The translations under genes were made by a program, and so were the position numbers. Positions 60,961 to 64,000 of a DNA stretch of 64,000 bases are shown in pieces; within the stretch, counting starts at the first letter, position 1; every line of letters starts with the position of its first letter. The notes under the pieces were generated by a model. It saw only the letters and a program-made list of their open reading frames with translations. It made no database searches and was not told the DNA's origin. The DNA lies in NCBI RefSeq assembly GCF_964204645.1, contig NC_134029.1, positions 6,014,001 through 6,078,000 of the forward strand, written 5' to 3'. This DNA comes from Tubulanus polymorphus (taxonomy: Eukaryota; Animalia; Nemertea).

Positions 60961-61210
60961 CAGGGGCGGATATTTGAGCAACGATGGCTTATCATGCGCA
61001 GTGTTTTCCCAAATATATTTTTTTCGTATTTCGATGAAAAATGCATTCGTAAAAATGTGTGCAGACAGTAATTTCTAGCAGGCACCGAAACAGCAATCAG
61101 TAAAGATTTGAAATGTGGTTAGTTTCATCATTAATATGATTGATATGACTATCAGAAAACTTTCGAACACGGAGCGGGGGTTCGAGACTCCCTAAACCCT
61201 ACCCCCCTAG
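60961..61210. mobile_element. Degenerate MITE-like remnant (CAGGGGCGGAT end)
   Basis: Starts CAGGGGCGGATA; C-rich tract CCCTACCCCCCTAG at the other end. Confidence 0.4.
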
Positions 61211-61683
61211 TTCTTGGGCGATAGTGTTTGTGCGGCTGCTCAAAGAAAACCAACCTATCTTATGCATTGTATATGTTAAATGCAATATATAGATATGTAG
61301 ACTAGAAGGGAATAATTGAAACATTGGCGTGACGCGTGTGTGTTTATGCTTATTACGGTATCTATCATGATATGTATTTATATATTCCGATATCATGAAA
61401 TTCATATTTGTTTTACAATTCTTGTCATGGAAACATTTAAAGGTCAATGATGGCCCAATCCAGTGGCAAATAAGCTTCAATTTACGGAAAACAATTAAAC
61501 GTTCTTAGAATGACTTGCTTCGAATACATTCTCGGAGTATAGCGTCGCATAAAGTTTTCGTACATGCTAGCTATACTTGAACTCTATAAATGAACATCCT
61601 TGTTTCCCATAAGAATACATAAGATACCGATTTATTCTCTTAGGGTATCAAATTTCATTTCATTGCAGATTACCGAATCAACG

Positions 61684-63897
61684 ATGGCTAATCAGAGCAA
61701 GTCAGATGCATCATTTTCTTCAAACTCGGCGACAAACACTTGCTTGAACTGTACTATTTGCTGCCAGACTTATAAAAGACCGAAAGTTCTTCCTTGCTTG
61801 CACACGTTCTGTGAACAGTGCTTGAACGACTACATTCCGGCGGAAAGTATTTCGGTCACTTGTCCGATTTGTAAGCACCAGTCGATCATACCGGTCGATG
61901 GGGTTTCCGCATTGCAGAGGAACAGCTACATCGAAGGCATAATGAACAGTATGGCTACTCAGCACAGCGACGAAAAGTCGACTTGTTCGACTTGCAAAGA
62001 ACAGGAAATCGTCACTCAGAAATGTGTTCAGTGCTCGACGACATTTTGCGATGGGTGTTCGTCTGCTCATAAACAAAACGAATTAACAAACACGCACGAT
62101 ATCGTAAATATTGATAACGGTCTAGTTGGAAATGGCAATGCTCCATCAGAGGATATCAAATGCCCTATGCACGATGGACAAGCGTTTCATTTCTATTGTA
62201 CATCTTGCGAAACGGCCATATGCGAAAGCTGTTCACAACTCGAACACCAAGAACACGCTTTTATCCCCCTGAAAGAGGCCATCGCAGAACACAAGGCGAC
62301 CTTGGAGTCGCTCTTAACTAATGCAAAGGCCAAAGCTCCTGCAATAAACGCTGCTATCGCAACTGTCGATAATATCTGTAAATCATTGACGAACTCGTTC
62401 AAAACTGCTGAAAACGATACCAACACGTGGTTTGATACGATGTCACAACTGCTTACGCAACGAAAAGCGATGTTGCTGGAAGACTTGAAGTCGGCGTACG
62501 GTGGAAAGGTCGCCGTGTTAAAAAATCAGAAAGACGATCTGTATAAGCTCCTGAATACGATAGACAGTTGTTGCGAGCTGACTACGAACGCTTTAGAACA
62601 CGGCAACGACACGGAAATTATCCTAATCAAAAAAGAAATGGCCGAAAAACTACAAATTTTGGCGACGTCGACCAACAAGAAATTCTTACCGGAGGAAAAT
62701 GATATGTTAATGTTTACCGACACGGATACCGATGACGTCAAGGCCAGTATATCGACGTTCGGTCGCGTGCAGACGAACAGCGCTGTAGCTTTCCAGACGA
62801 CGGCTAGCGGGGATGGGCTGAAACGTTGTTTTACAAATATACAAACGGTTATTACGGTAACAACGAAGGACCGAAACGGGACTTTAGTAGCCGACGGTAG
62901 TGCGGATATCGACGCTGAACTGGTGAGTAACAATGGGGACGTTGTTCCTATAGAAATTGCCGATAATTTGAATGGTACGTATGACATAACGTTTCGTACC
63001 AAAACGGATGGGCGATACCATTTGGATGTGAAATTGTTCGGCCAACCGATACGCGCTTCGCCGTTTAGAATTAAATCTATGCCAATACCGGAGGGTTACC
63101 AAAAAGATCGGTCACCGACTAAGATCCCGCGATCTAGTAGTAGCGTAGCTAAACGAAGTTCGAAAAGGATGTCCAGTTCTGGTCGTTCGCACGGCTCGAA
63201 CCATCGCAAGAGCAACCCGATCGAAGACGACCTCATCGACCGCATCGGTACGAAAGGTCGAAACAAGGGCGAGTTTACAAATCCGCAAGGACTTTGCGCA
63301 TCCGCTGGAAGAATTCTCGTAGCCGATAGTAATAACCAAAATATACAAGTATTCTGCAATAAGGGCGATTTCAAATTTCGTTTCGGTATAAGAGGCCGAA
63401 ACGCCGGTCAGATGCAAAGGCCAACGGGCGTGTTCGTTACTATGTATGGGAACTATGTAGTAGCCGATTACGACAATCGGTGGGTGAGTATTTATAGCCC
63501 GGACGGAAAATACCTAAACAAAATCGGTCAGGGAAAGCTGCTTGGACCTAAAGGAATAACGGTAGACAGGAATGGTCATATCATTGTCGTAGACAATAAA
63601 GCTAGTTGTATTTGCGTGTTCCAATCGAATGGAAAAATGCTGCATAAATTTGGGACGCGCGGCAATGGCGAAAGTCAACTGGCCGGACCACATTACGTAG
63701 CCGTCAATTCGAACAATGATATCATAGTATCTGACTTCCATAACCACTGCATAAAGGTATTCGACAGCGAAGGGAAATTTTTATTTAGTTTCGGTTCCAA
63801 TGGCGAAGGTAACGGTCAGTTCAATGCACCGACAGGGGTCGCTGTGGATTCGCATGGAAATATACTCGTTGCTGATTGGGGGAACTCTAGGATACAG
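61684..63897 (+). CDS. TRIM3: TRIM-NHL E3 ligase, TRIM2/TRIM3 type (RING, two B-boxes, coiled coil, filamin, NHL); 3' end outside window
   Basis: Acceptor TTGCAG| at 61668/61669, ATG 61684; RING CTICCQ..LPCLHTFCEQC..CPIC; NHL GTKGRNKGEFTNPQG, QRPTGV, VADYDNRWVS; donor after GNSRIQ (CAG|GTATC), so the ORF-track stop is intronic. TRIM2 vs TRIM3 is not resolvable. Confidence 0.95.
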
Positions 63898-64000
63898 GTA
63901 TCGTAAACATTAGTCGTTAATAAAAAAATCCATTAAATTTGGGTCTTGAAGAGGACTGCGGGTAGATAAATATTTTGATTTGTGTCATTTTAAGACAAAC

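Noticed and set aside
61720-63747. Minus-strand ORFs within the TRIM exon
   Set aside because: Antisense shadows of the real coding frame.

Overview
AT-rich, intron-containing eukaryotic (invertebrate animal) DNA; a non-insect protostome is my guess, not provable here. Three genes are well supported. (1) A + strand alpha7-group nicotinic acetylcholine receptor alpha subunit (CDS 32863-50844, about 482 aa) with two pairs of tandem-duplicated exons: 3a/3b (loop D) and 7a/7b (loop C, TM1, start of TM2). Three of its coding segments (loop E, TM2/M2-M3 loop, TM4) have colinear complementary partners in intron or 3'UTR, the geometry of ADAR editing-complementary sequences; one partner lies about 3.9 kb away in a highly structured intron. 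(2) A 15-exon - strand gene, barely visible in the ORF track (57616-54393, about 556 aa): signal peptide, ADAMTS/reprolysin-type metalloprotease domain with no prodomain and the zinc motif abolished, disintegrin-like domain, TSP1 and C-type lectin. (3) A + strand TRIM2/TRIM3-type TRIM-NHL gene (61684 to beyond the window end). The first ~32 kb is mostly non-coding: dispersed MITE-like repeats, a minisatellite, (TA)n and one weak small-gene candidate. All exon models and base-pairings were derived by eye, with no folding or homology searches run.
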